From assembly GCF_030028105.1 (NCBI RefSeq), contig NC_092377.1:77158569-77222568 (forward strand): a stretch of DNA of 64,000 bases, read 5' to 3'. Source of the DNA: Mobula birostris (taxonomy: Eukaryota). The notes below the pieces were generated by a model. The model made no database searches and was not told the DNA's origin. It worked only from the letters and a program-made list of their open reading frames with translations. This document shows, piece after piece, positions 51,401-64,000 of the stretch; within the stretch, counting starts at the first letter, position 1, and the number at the start of each line of letters is the position of its first letter. The position numbers and the translations under genes are program-made.

Positions 51401-51614
51401 CATTTAGTACATTCCCATTTTTCCCATTTTGCAAAAAAAGGGGTCCCAAGAGATAAGGATTTGAATGGTCTAAGAGCAGGAATCGAGCATTTCTTGATGC
51501 AGAGGGCCTTAGATAAACTGCCTTTCCAGTGGTTTATTAAAATTATGCTCATTTGTATTCACAAATGAATGCTAAATATTCACTTACACGAATCTGAAAT
51601 AGAGAAAAGAGCAA

Positions 51615-51830
51615 TGCCTGGTATCTTGTTCAATAATTATTCTTCAACATCTCAACAAAATTCTTTGGTCATTATTGTCATTTGAGTGAGTTTGCTGCAT
51701 GCAAATGGGATGTGGCATTTTCTGATTTACTATAGTGACAACACTTTAAGTGTGTCGCACTTCCTGGTATACACTTCCAATCCCAAAAGCACTACAGGAA
51801 TGGACAGTCTTCCTTGTTTTTTTTTCATGG
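51615..51830 (+). mobile_element. Deu-domain SINE remnant (SacSINE1/AmnSINE1-like); further scraps at ~19800-19890 and ~21230-21310
   Basis: 'tggtcattattgtcattt...gtttgctgcatgcaaatgg...tttctgatttactatagtgacaacactt' resembles the Deu domain and its L2-like tail. Confidence 0.5.
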
Positions 51831-54284
51831 AGTGAAGCAACACACCATTAATTATCTTGATGCCATTATTAAACCACAGAGCATTGGTATGACGTCTGAT
51901 GATTGGGTAGAGAGGAAAAAATTGTAATTAGCAGTTGATTTGACTTATATTGCATCTTTCATGCAGTTTGACCTACTAGGCACAATGTTGAATATTTGTT
52001 TTCAATTTTATACCATTGAATAAACTTGGAAGGTGGTGGAGGTTCGGAGGAGGGTGGGGTCAGTAGAAGCTCCTGAAGTTTGCTAAGATTGATGATTTCA
52101 ATATGGCATTTTGCTTTCCTGTATCAATTTTAGTTGGATTAGCAGCATAGCTACTTAAGAATCAAATTTCTGTTCAAGCACAGATGATCTTAATCATTTT
52201 ATTTATCTCCCTGTGTCTTTGTTCACATTTCTCTTTTCTTAAACTCTTCTCAACATTGAGGATATTAGATGAAGAAACACATTGGGCTGAACATTCCTGA
52301 GGGTGAAGTGGGGTGAGGAATACACAGCCTAAGTCTGAATCTAATTCCCAAGATTGCACTCCATTTGACAAGACTTAGATTCTGACCTGGGTTCTTCTGT
52401 CTTTTGCTCCAAATCAAGAAACATGCTTGCAAACTCACACGTGGCAGCCTTGTCAGCTGAGAGCTGGAGCATAGAAACAGATGATCTCAGCATGTGAGAC
52501 GGCATCCTTGGATCCCTTCAGCATTTTCTGCTTTTGATTGCCATTTTTAGCATCGGCACATTTTTAATTGATTCTACAATTGCATTCCTTTGAGAGAAAG
52601 CATTAAATGCTATCAGTTAGCGGTCAAACAGCTCATTTATTGGAATAAGTATTGAGATACATTTAGGATTTCTATAAATGCAATGATATTATTTGTCTTA
52701 ACCAGTCAGTGAAGTAGCAAGTTCCACATCCTAATCATCATATCTGAGGAAATTTATTGACTGCTTACTGGATTTATTGAAGACAATCTTCTATTTATGG
52801 CCCTTAGGTTTGTCCTGCCTGATAATTGAAAACTTTGAGGTAAAGTATTATTCTCTGCTGTTCTTGCTAAATGGATAATAATATTTTAATTTATGGGTTG
52901 AATGGAACCAAATTTCATAACGTGTGTTCTAACTGCATTCACTGCAACTTTGTATGTTTAGCAAATTCAGGAGTGATTATCCTATCAAAACCCTTTACTG
53001 TTGTAATAGTCTCCAGGACATCAAATAGCCCTGAGTGTTCTTTCTCTTGGATAACCAAGCCTCACTTGATGCCACCTAAACCCTATAGTTACATACATAA
53101 TTTTTTTGTTATATTAGGAGCAAAAAGCATAACACTTATGTTTTCACTGTACCTCAGTACATGTGACAATAATAAACCAATTTATTAACTTTGGACAACT
53201 ATATGAGTATCAATCTTAAAATGGTATCAGCAAAAACTCCCATTGATAACCAGCAAGTTTTGATGTGCCCAACTTGCATAGATTCCTGGAGTTTAGGCAA
53301 TTTGAGTCTTCCAATGAAAAGGCTAAATTTCTGTCAAGTTGTCAGCCCTTTAAATCCAAAGAAAGGGAAACATCTGTGTAAAACCCCTTGCTTTAATGAA
53401 GTTTAAAAGTTAAAAACTGGAGGATTGAATTAGTAGGCTACATTACTTATTATGAACATTTTGCCGCAAAGAACATTTTAAAAATTGTTTGCCTTTAATT
53501 ACTTTTAAAAATCAAATGCATATTTTTCATGGACTGAGGGGAAAGATGCTACCAATTGCACTGATAGAACTGAACTGGCTCATTGTTTAAAAATGAAGCC
53601 AGACAAAGGCATGGATCTCTACAACGCTGGAATTAGAAACATAGGTGAATTTGGGAACTCTCTTTAGATACTGGGATGATGGACATGGGGAAGCATTAAT
53701 TCCATGCCCAGGGCTATGCAAAGCACATAAGGACTTCATGTAAGAATATCAACCACCATGTTGAAATTCAAATTCTACATAAAATAGTGATAAATTCAAT
53801 CTATGTATTGCAAAAAATGCAACTTTGTGTGCCTGTCATATAATAATTTAATTTTAGTCCTGGAAACATGGCAAGCAAAAAGCACTTTAAGAATTTTCAG
53901 TAGCCGCGTGGATTCACCTATTTTGCTCCTTCTAAAATATTCATGATACAGAATTATAAAGATATGTTTATGTACAATATAATCAAACAGAAGAATCAAA
54001 GAGAATTAAACTAGGGCATATCGGAATAGTAAGTGTGACACAGAAATTTGCTCTTTCATAGTCAGGAAGTCCTTGGCCAAAAACATTGAAGTCTTCAAAC
54101 CCAGGAATTTCCTCTGTAAACCTTACTATTCTCTTCCCTACTAGAAGAGGCTTTTTAATGGACGCCTTCTGCCTGTGCTTCTATCTCCCTATATGCTTCT
54201 TTCATAATATTCTTATAAATCAGTATTGAAGCTTGTGCTGTTAAATGTGAAGACCACATTCTGTGTGGATTGGAAATTACAGCT

Positions 54285-55582
54285 CTACCCAGCTGACAAT
54301 CAACACTGGTGCACTTTAAGGATGTGTGCTTAGCCCTCTTTACTCTCTCGTTACTCTCTCTACACCTATGACTATGCAGCTAGGCACAGTTCAAATGCCA
54401 TCTATAAATTTGCTGAACAATACCACCAATGTTGGCAGAATTTCAGTTGTGATGAGAGGGTGTACAGGAGCAAGATACACCAGCTAGTTGAGTGGTGTCT
54501 CAGCAATAACCTTGCTCTCAACATCAGTAAGACCAAAGAACTGATTGTGGACTTCAGAAAGGATAAGAGAAGGGAACACACACTAGTCCTCATAGAGAGA
54601 TCAGATGTGGAAAGAGTAAGCAATTTCGAGTTCCTGGGTGTCAGCATCGCTGAGGACCTAACCTGGACCCAACATGTTGATGCAGCTGTAAAGAAGACAA
54701 AACAGTGGTTATATTTCATTAGGAGTTTGAAGAGATTTGGTTTTTCAAAGAAAACACTCAAAAATTTCTGCAATTGTACCCTGGAGAGCATTGTAACTGG
54801 CTGTATCACCGTCTGGTATGGGGGTGGGGGGTGTGCTACTGCACAGGGTGCTGTACAGTAAGCTGCAGAGAGTTGTAATATTAGTCAGCTCCATCAGAGG
54901 CACTAGTCATTGTAGTATCCAGGACATCTTCAAGGAGCAGTGCCTCAAAAAGGTAGAGTCCATCATTAAGGACCCCCATCACCCAAGACATGCCCTCTTC
55001 TCATTGCTACCATCATGAAGGAGGTACAGAAGCTTGAAGGGGCTCACTCAATGATTCAAGAACAGCTTCTTCCCCTCTGCCATCTAATTTCCAAATAAAT
55101 TGAACCCATGAACACGATCTCACTACTTTTTTATTTCTTTTATGGACCATCCAGGACATGCCCTCTTCTCAATTTACCATCAGGAAGGAGGTACAGAAAC
55201 CTGAAAGCACACACTTAGCGACTCAGGAACAACTTCTTCCCCTCTGCCATATGATTTCTAAATGGACATTAAGCCCATGAACACTATCTCACTTTTATAT
55301 ATAACTTCTGTTTGTGCACTATTTTTAATCTATTTAATATACATAGATATATACTTACTGTAATTGATTTACTTATTTATTATTCTTACTTATTACTTTT
55401 TACTATTCACTTATTTCTTTTTTGCACTACGTACTTAACTATTGAATATATATATATATGTTCATACTGTAATTCACAGTTTTTTCTCTATTATTAGGTA
55501 TTGCATTATACTGCTGCTGCAAGGTAAACACATTTTACAACATATGCCAGTGATATTAAACCTGATTCTGATTCTGATTCTG
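54285..55582 (+). mobile_element. Rex1/Babar-clade LINE, RT to 3' end, with an internal tandem duplication of the ORF end
   Basis: It reads WC..NNLALNISKTKELIVDFRK...FEFLGV.I.EDLTW..H..A.VKK..Q.LYFIR. The tail is ATTAAA plus (GATTCT)n. Segment ~54975-55130 is repeated at ~55146-55295. Confidence 0.92.
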
Positions 55583-55749
55583 AGTATAAATACAATATGT
55601 TAGATAGAATGGAGTAACACTTAGTATCTGCCTATAAAGCTATTCCATTGGGATGCATTTGAGAGAACAGGAATAAATTGTGAGGCAATTTTGTTGTTCT
55701 TGTGTCTTTAGTGCAGATACAAGACATTTCACAGAAGTACAAGACAAAA

Positions 55750-56030
55750 AAATCAGAATCAGAATCAGGTTTATTATCACCGGCATGTGATGTAAAATTT
55801 GTTAACTTAGCAGCAGCAGTACAATGAAATACATGATAATATATAAAGAAGAATAACAAATAATAATAAAAATTAACTGTATCAGCACACATAAACTGCT
55901 GGCGGAACTCAGCACGCCGAGTAGCATATATGGAAAAGGGGTAAACAGTCGATGTTTTGGGCCAAGACCATGTCTTGATGAAGGGTCTTGGCCCGAATCA
56001 TGGACTGTTTACGCTTTTTCATAGAATCAT
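55750..56030. mobile_element. Reversed Rex/Babar tail followed by a Penelope fold-back with a decayed hammerhead motif
   Basis: It starts (AATCAG)n 'ggtttattatcacc', then reads 'aaacagtcgatgttttgggccaagacc...ttgatgaagggtcttggcccgaatcatggactgttt'. Confidence 0.7.
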
Positions 56031-57039
56031 AGAATTGTTTGGATGGCCAGGCAACATCTGTGCAGAGAGCATCAGAATTAATATTTTAGGTCCATTGGCA
56101 TTTTATCAGAACTACTTGAGAAGATTCTAAATGTTAAATTCCTAGAGATGCTTAAAAACATTTCTCAAAGCCTTTGACAGAGGATCTCTAGGGTTGCACA
56201 TGCTTTGCGGCCCAGTACCAGTCCGTGGCCTGGTGGTTGGGGACCGCTGCAGTATATAACCCTGAGATTTGTGCAAGAGAAAATTATTGCAGTGGGCCAG
56301 TTTTCTCAGAGATTTATAAACCAAGTAGGAGCCATAGATATTGATAAGCTCATCTGTGGATGATGAACGATCGGAGGGTGGCAAAGGACTATGAGTAGAA
56401 TATTCAGCAGATACATATTAGTGTAGGCTGATCTAGTCCAGTCCTTTTTCATCTCATGCCACCAGAATAATCTTCTGTTTTTCAATTGTTCAAGGGGTTA
56501 CCTAGATTCCCCTTAAATCTACCTTCACCCTTCACCTCAACCAGTCTTTGTGCTCTTCACTTACTGGGCAAGAGAAGTTTCCTTTGAATTTCCCACTGGA
56601 TTTATTAGTAGCTGTCTTATATTTGTGGTTCCTTTTTCTGGTCTCTAATAACTGACAGTAAAGGTGAAAAGAAAGCATTACGAGGGTTTTGGTGATAACT
56701 CAGGGAGTTAAATTAAAACAATCTTATGGAAGTTGCAGATCAGGAAGAAGGTCAATTGAGGTTTGTTTTTGCCTTAATACAGTCACTTGTTGACTTCTTT
56801 GCTTGTATTGGTTACTTGGCAGCCTACGACTGGTCCAGCTAGCAACTGTGGTGTGCCAGAGCCACGGTGAGATCTGATAGGGAAAGTAAATCTAATCAGG
56901 ATGTGAGAGGCAACTATGCAGTAATATGCTTTTAATATTAACAGCACGTGCAAATCAGCAGAGGGAAATCCCGTGAACATGTGGAGAACTTCGAGCATTT
57001 CCTTCTCATTATCAACTCAAATTGAGCTTATTACCATAT

Positions 57040-60000
57040 AGAAACATACAAACATAGAAAAACTACAGTACACACTCCAGGCTCTTTGGCCCACAATGCT
57101 GTGCCGAATATGTACTTACTTGAGACATTACCAAGGGTTACCCACAGCCCTCTATTTTTCTAAGCTCCTTTTACCTATCCAGGAGTTTCTTAAAATACCC
57201 TATCGTATTCACCTCCACCACTGTTGTTGGCAGCCCATTCCATGCACTCACCACTCTCTGCGTAAAAAAAATTACGCCTGACATCTCCTCTATACCTACA
57301 TCCAAGCACCTTAAAACTGCGCCCTCTCATGTTAGCTATTTCAGCCCTGGGAAAAAGCCTCTGACTATCCACATGATCAATGCCTCTCATCATCTTATAT
57401 ACCTCTATCAGGTCACCTCTCATCCTCCATCTCTCCAAGGAGAAAAGGCCAAGTTCACTCAACCTATTCTCATAAGACATACTCCCCAAATCAGGCAACA
57501 TCCTTGTAAATCTCCTCTGCACCATTTCTATAGTTTCAACATCCTTCCTGTAGTGAGGCGACCAGAACTGAGCACAGTACTCCAAGTGGAGTCTGACCAG
57601 GGTCCTATATAGCTGTAACATTACCTCTCAGCTCTTAAACTCAATCCCACGGTTGATAAAGGCCAATGCACCATATGCCTTCTTAACCACACAGTTAACC
57701 TGCATAGCAGCTTTGAGTGTCCTATGGACTCGGACCCCAAGATCCCTCTGATCCTCTGCACTGCCAAGAGTCTTACCATTAATACTATATTCTGCCATCA
57801 TATTTGACCTACCAAAATGAACCACCTCACACTTATCTGGGTTGAACTCCATCTGCCACTTCTTAGACCAATTCCTCATCCAGGTCATTTATAAAACTCA
57901 TGAAGAGAAAGGGTCCCAGAACAGATCACTGAGGCACATCACTGGTCACCAACCTTCATGCCGAATATGACCCGTCTACAACCATTCTTTGCCTTCTGTT
58001 GGTAAGCCAATTCTGGATCCACAAAGCAAGGTCTCCTTGCATCCCATGCCTCCTTGTTTTCTCAATAAGCCTTGCATGGGGTACCTTATCAAATGCCTTG
58101 ATGAAATCCATATGCACTTCTCCTGCTCTACTTTCATCAATGTGTTTAGTTACATGCTCAAAAAATTCAATCAGGCTCGTAAGGCGTGACCTGCCTTTGA
58201 CAAGGCTATGCTGATTATTCCTAATCATATTATGCCTCTCCAAATGGTCATAAATCCTGCCTGTCAGGATCTTCTGCATCAACTTACCAAACACTGAAGT
58301 AAGACTCACTGGTCTGCAATTTACTGGGCTATCTCTACTCTCTTTCTTGAATAAGGGAACAACATCTGCAGCCCTCCAATCCTCCAGAACTTCTCCCGTT
58401 CCCATTGATGATGCAAAGATCATTGCCAGAGGATCAGCAATCTCCTCCCTCGACTCCCACAGTAGCCTGGGGTACATCTCGTCTGGTCCCATTGACTTAT
58501 CCAACTTGATGTTTTCCAAAAGCTCCAGCACATCTTCTTTCTAAATGTCTATATGCTCAAGCTTTTCAGTCTGCTGTAAGTTACCAAGGTCCTTTTCTGT
58601 AGTGAATACTGAAGCAAAGTATTCATTAAGTACCTCAGCTATCTCCTCTGGTTCCATACACACTTTTCCATTGTCACACTTGATTGGTCCTATTCTCTCA
58701 CGTCTTATCATTTTGCTCTTCACATACTTGGAGAATGCTTTGGGGTTTTCCTTAATCCTGCTCACCAAGGCCTTCTAATACCCCCTTCTGGCTCTCCGAA
58801 TTTCAATCTTAAGCTCCTTCTTGCTAGCCTTATAATTTTCTAGATCTCTATCATTACCAAGTTTTTGGAGCTTCTTGTAAGCTTTTCTTTATTTCTTGAC
58901 TATATTTTCAACAGGCTTTGTACGCCATGCTTCCTGTACCCTACCATCCTTTCCTTCTCTCATTGGAATGTACCTATGCAGAACTCTACACAAATATCCC
59001 CTGAACATTTGCCACATTTCTTCCATACATCTCCCTGACAACATTTGTTCCCAATTTATACTTCCAAGTTCCTGCCTGATTGCTTCATATTTCCCCTCAC
59101 TTCAATTATATGCTTTCCTAACTTGTCTGTTTCTATCCCTCTCTAATGTTATGGCACAATGATCACAATCTCCAAAATGCTCTCCCACTGAGAGACCTTA
59201 CACCTGACCAGGTTAATTTCCCAATACCAGATCAAGTACAGCCTCTCCTCTTGTAGGCTTATCTACATATTGTATCAGGAAACCTTCCTGAACACACCTA
59301 ACAAACTCCACCCCATCTAAGCCCCTTGCTCTAGGGATATGCCAATCAATATTTAGGAAATTAAAATCTCCCACCACAACAACCCTGTTATTATTACACC
59401 TTTCCAGAATCTGTCTTCCTATCTGCCTCTCGATGTTCCTGTTAATACTGGGTGGTCTATAAAAAAACACACCTTAGAGTTATTGACCCCTTCCTGTTCC
59501 TAACTTCCACCCACAGAGACTCAGTAGACAATCCCTCCATGACTTCCTCCTTTTCTGCAGCTATGACACTAACTCTGATCAGCAGTATCATGCCCCCACC
59601 TCTTTTGCCTCTCTCCCTGTCCTTTCTGAAACATATAAAGCCTGACACTTTAAGCAACCATTCCTGCCCTTGAGCCATCCAAGTCTCTGCAATGGCCACA
59701 ACATCGTAGCTCCAAGTACTGATCAACGCCCAAAGCTCATATGCTTTATTGCATTAGAGTAGGCACATCTCAAACCATCAGTCTGAGCGCATCCCTTCTC
59801 TATCACCTGCCTATCCTCACTCTCATACTGCCTACAAGCTCTCTCTACTTGTGAGCCAACCACCCCTTCCTCCATCTCTTCAGTTTGGTTCCCACACCCA
59901 AGAAATTCTAAGTTAAACTCTTCTCAATAGCCTTAGCAAACCTCCCTGCCAGGATATTGGTCCCCCTCAGATTCAAATGCAACCCATCCTTATTTTACAG

Positions 60001-60372
60001 GTCATGCCTGCACCAAAAGAGGTCCAAATGATCCAGAAATATGAATCCCTGCCTCCTGCTTCCATCCCTCAACCACACATTTATCCTCCACCTCACTCTA
60101 TTCCTATACTCACTGTCTCGTGACACAGGCAGTAATTGCAAGATTACTACCCTTGTGGTCCCACTTCTCAGCTTCTTTCCTAACTCCCTGTAGCCTGTTT
60201 TCAGGACCTCCTTCCTTTTCCTACCTATGTCGTTGGTACCAATATATACCACGACCTCTGTCTGTTCACCTTCCCACTTCAAGATATTGTGGACGAAATC
60301 AGAAACATCCCGGGCCCTGGCACCTGGGAGGCAAATTACCATCCATGTTTCTTTCCTGCATCCACAGTAGTG
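57040..60372 (-). mobile_element. Long CR1 LINE: ORF1 SGNH-esterase half, ORF2 endonuclease and RT, 3' UTR; frameshifted, with the RT F/YADD region deleted near 57870
   Basis: ORF1 reads CLPGAR.RDV......WEGEQ.EVVVYIGTNDIGR...IN.WL....QGF.FLDH. The endonuclease reads YDVVAIAETW, YRPP and GDFN. The RT reads HMDFIKAFDKVPH. It belongs to the same family as 26122-27415. Confidence 0.96.
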
Positions 60373-60429
60373 TGGACAAGTGTGGTGAGGTACAGGCATA
60401 ACTAAAAACTTGCTTGCATTTCTCACTGA

Positions 60430-61050
60430 TCTTGCTGATTAAAACACCGAGGAAGGTTGAAATCATGGAGGATGTGCGACGAAGGTGAGCAGGTGTTCAG
60501 CACCATCCAACTGCGGGTGACCGGTCCCTTCCTTTCACTGGCTGCTGCTGGAGGAAAGTGATTATGTGTGAGGTCTCTCTCCCCCTCATCTACTGCTCCC
60601 AGAGGAAGGTCCCTGTGTTGAAATGGTCTCTCTCTCTCTCTCTCTCTCTCTTCTTGCTCGATGTTGCTGGAGGATGGTGCCAGAGTCCTGAGTTTTGGGC
60701 AAGGTTTAATCTGCACGGTTTGTGTATTGGACTCTGTAAATCACGTTATGACTGTTTTGGGTTTCTGGTCCCTCCTTTCTTGCTGCTATTCTGTTTAATT
60801 TTTATTGGTGAGGACTGGCTCGGTGACCTGCAGTAAACGTACGAGACAGTGCTAGTTTGAACTGAACTGAGATGAGCTGAATACGCCTGGACTGGTTCGA
60901 TGAATTGTGGCTTGGTGTTTTATATTCTGTGTTTCTCACTCTTTTTTTGCCATCTGTTCTTTTTTTGCACACTGGGGTTTGTTTTTTTTTGTGGGAAAGC
61001 AAATCACAAGTATCTTGCATAATAAATGTACTTTGAATCTTTGATTTTGA
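60430..61050 (+). mobile_element. Non-coding LINE-tail-bearing element with an internal (TC)n tract
   Basis: It ends 'aataaatgtactttgaatctttgattttga'. The (TC)n tract is at ~60627-60651. Confidence 0.55.
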
Positions 61051-61054
61051 TGAT

Positions 61055-61460
61055 ACATGCCACTGCCTTGGGATGACGTCCCCTGTAGGTGCTTTTACTG
61101 TGGAGGCCCGTGTCTGAGGTGGGTCAGGCCTGCTGCTTTCTGCAGCCTCTTGTGTTCCTGTGCACAGGAATTCATACGTTAATGCACAGCGCATGTATAG
61201 AAAGGTTGTTCGGATATTTGGTGACTTGCCTGATTCCTTAAACCTCCAAGAAAGTAGAGGTGCTGATGCTTCCTTGGTGATTGCATTAACATGCTGGGAA
61301 CAGCATAGGTCATCCACGATATTGATGCCCATATAGCTCGGATGACCTATGCTGTATCCAGCTGTTAAGTCTCTCCATCAGTGAGAAATAGCACATGGTC
61401 CGCTGACTTGCTTCTTCCTGTCAGCAATTATCTCCATGGTTTATTATTAGCAATAAAGTG
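61055..61460 (-). mobile_element. Decayed Rex1/Babar RT C-terminal fragment
   Basis: MGINIVDDLCCSQHVNAITKEA matches the family pattern FLGINI.DDL.W..H.N.I.KKA. Confidence 0.65.
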
Positions 61461-62692
61461 CTTCTTGTTAATAAATAATTATCAAATGATCCTTTCACAG
61501 ATATAGGGACTGTAAAAACCCCTGGACAAAGATATTTCTATAAGTTAGGTTATATTAACTACATTTATTTAGTGATACGCTCTAAGTGGAAATACTTCAG
61601 TCAAACATTTCTTGCTTGGTACTGGCAACATGTTCTAAGGGAAGTTATTACTGACTCTTCTGACAAGTGGAGGTGATTCAACTTGTTTTCACAAAATAAC
61701 AGAGCAGTAGGATGCAAAAATGCATTCGGTTCATTGACTCTGTACTGGGTCTTTCAGAGAAGGAATTAGTTGGTCTCACTCTCCTGCATTTTCCCTAAAT
61801 CCCAGTCTTTCCTCAAAGCATGAATAGGGTGGCGTGGTAGTGTGGTGGTTAGTAGGTTGGTAGGTTAATTGTCCCATGATTAGGCTCGGATTAAATTGGA
61901 GGATTGCTGGGCAGCATGGCTTGAAGGGCTGGAAAGGCTTATTGTATGATGTATCTCAATAAATGATCACAATTACTTTTTCAGCACTGTACTTACCACC
62001 TAAATGTAGTGTACCTTCCAAATCCCAACAACTTGTATAAAAGTATTCATTCTCAGTGGTGTCTCTGGTTTTATTGCAAGTCAATTAAAATCTGTGGGCT
62101 GTGGCCATAAGCCATCCTACCACTAGAAATACAGTATTTAGACTTTAATTATGCCTCCTAACCAACTTGTAATTTCAAACACCTCTGTCACACCCTCTTT
62201 TAAGGGAAAAAAATTAACACACTTATCCAGACAGCTCTGCTTTGGGTTTTAAATTTATTTTTGGCTGTCCACTATACTCCTCTCACTCTATTTAGTTCCA
62301 CATATGAAGGGAGGAATGAACAATGGGCATGCAGATTCTGATACTCATTCAGCCCTGATAACCTATGAGACTTCAAACATCACGTGCTCACAAAAGATTC
62401 TTAATAATATATCTTAGTGAAGAAGACCTTATTCCCTCCCAGTCCCAGAAGCCTATTAATAAATGCAAAAGTTCTATGTGTTATGAGAAACGTATTTGAC
62501 CATGTTTCCATTATCCCAAGTGCACCGGACTGTAGAAGTCACAATGAGAATTCAAAGTGGAAGGTTTGCCTCAAAATGCCGTTAATATGTAAACATGTAG
62601 TGTGGCTGATTCAATCTGGTGTGTTGACCTTCAGCAGCTGCTCAGTGATAAAGGCTCAGTCTATTTTGAATAACATATGTGCCTTTTTGAAT

Positions 62693-64000
62693 AGGTTCTT
62701 TCTTTTCAAATCTTTTTATTGTTATATTATACAGAAAAAATAACATGAGTACATTGAAGTAACAACACTTACAATGTCTCAAAAAAGATATTATCTTAAA
62801 GATTGAAAAAAACTTTTGTGATAATAAAAAAAACCTACTAAGCAGAAGAGCGAGAAAAAGGAGAACCCATTAAGTGTACAACCCCGGAGTCATGCGTCAT
62901 ACAAAAAGCTTCTAAAAATAAACATCAAACTGCCAGCAAGAAAAGAAAATACACTAAAAAATTTACAGTTAGATCGTGGAAAAATTATATCAATTAGCTC
63001 AAATGATAATAACGAGCAAATGAGCCCCATCTTTTCTCAAAATCAAAACAACTTTTCTGTTACAGATTGTTCCTTTAACAATTAAAAATCTACTATTTAC
63101 AATATGATTCAATATCCTCTTGAATAAATATATTAGGTTTAATAAAAATAGACACGCCTTTTGTTTTACTCTGAGAAGTAGAGTGGAATTGCAAACCATT
63201 CCACCATCCAAAAAATCTATTTTGATCTCCTGCCCTGATATGTGTCTCTTGAGCAAAAATTATATCAGGTTGGAATCGGTTAATAATTTTAAAAGTCTTT
63301 TTTCGTTTAATAGGATGATTCCAACCATGTATATTCCAACTTATTATATTAATCCATTTAAATACCATACTATAATTTTATTCTACTTTATACATGCACA
63401 GAGCACATACCCATACGGGATGATCAAAAATGGCGGTGATGAAGAATACAACCACATAAAAAACATGCATGCTCCAGAACCACCCAATGGGAAAAAAATC
63501 CTAACTCTAAACCCACCCACCCACACCCGGAAGCCCAAAAAAGGCAAGCAATCTACGATAGAGTTTAAAGCTACTGACCGCTCTGTCTGTGATTTCTTTC
63601 CCTCCCCCCAGTTAGCAAAAAAATAGAGTGACCTTGTAAAAAAAATGAAGTCTCAGCAAAGAGAGGTATTTACATTCCATCGACTAATAAACAAGAAAGA
63701 ACCAAAATAATGTTATCTCTTAGAGAGAAAAACCAGCGCCATCTTTAAGTTTAATATTAATTCCCTAAAAAAGCTTTAAATTCAATTATAAAATGTTATA
63801 ATAAAACAGAAAAAATATATTAAAAGCCCTATTAGTAGGAAAACTTTTTGAATAGGTTGTCCCTGTGTAAGCAGTGAAGTGGTAATCCACAAGGCCTAAA
63901 ACTAACAAACCGGTGGAAGCCTACCAGAGAATGGATGATTTCAATGTGTGTATTATGTCAGATTCCATAGCTAATCTTGTGAATTTTAGATTCTTTACAG
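62693..64000 (-). mobile_element. L1-clade LINE with most of ORF2 deleted; it probably extends beyond the window
   Basis: The ORF2 start IISWNIHGWNHPIKRKK.......DIIFAQETH...KGVSIFI...RFLIVKG (L1 APE endonuclease) joins directly to the ORF2 end FDFEKRWGSFARYYHLS*. The 3' UTR ends AATAAA plus an A-rich tail. Confidence 0.85.

Noticed and set aside
63120-63626. 168-aa plus-strand ORF
   Set aside because: It is antisense to the L1 endonuclease start and inter-ORF region, with no recognisable domain.
1-64000. CRISPR arrays, rRNA, bona fide tRNA genes, prokaryotic operons
   Set aside because: None were seen. The tRNA-like boxes belong to SINE heads and the repeats are eukaryotic transposons.

Overview
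This is eukaryotic, CpG-depleted, repeat-rich DNA. The repeat mix (CR1, Rex1/Babar, L2, Penelope termini, HE1-like and Deu-domain SINEs) points to a cartilaginous fish, probably a ray; that is an inference from the repeats only. No complete host gene is visible, so the window reads as a large intron or intergenic region. One convincing orphan minus-strand exon sits at 23020-23206. Nearly all long ORFs are decayed retrotransposon ORF2 fragments or their antisense shadows. Elements present: several CR1 LINEs (one retaining the ORF1 esterase), many Rex1/Babar 3' fragments, an RTE remnant, an R4/Dong-type RLE element, an internally deleted L1, hAT and Tc1 MITEs, and many nested insertions. The most interesting signals are RNA structures. 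A 573-bp non-coding RTE-type retroelement inside a CR1 (42701-43273, 10-bp TSD) has a 5' end that folds by eye into an HDV-like self-cleaving ribozyme with an unusual L3 hairpin insertion. A second RTE-type element has a similar but more decayed fold, and the Penelope termini carry eroded minimal hammerhead ribozymes. All family names come from motif recognition by eye, not from database searches.
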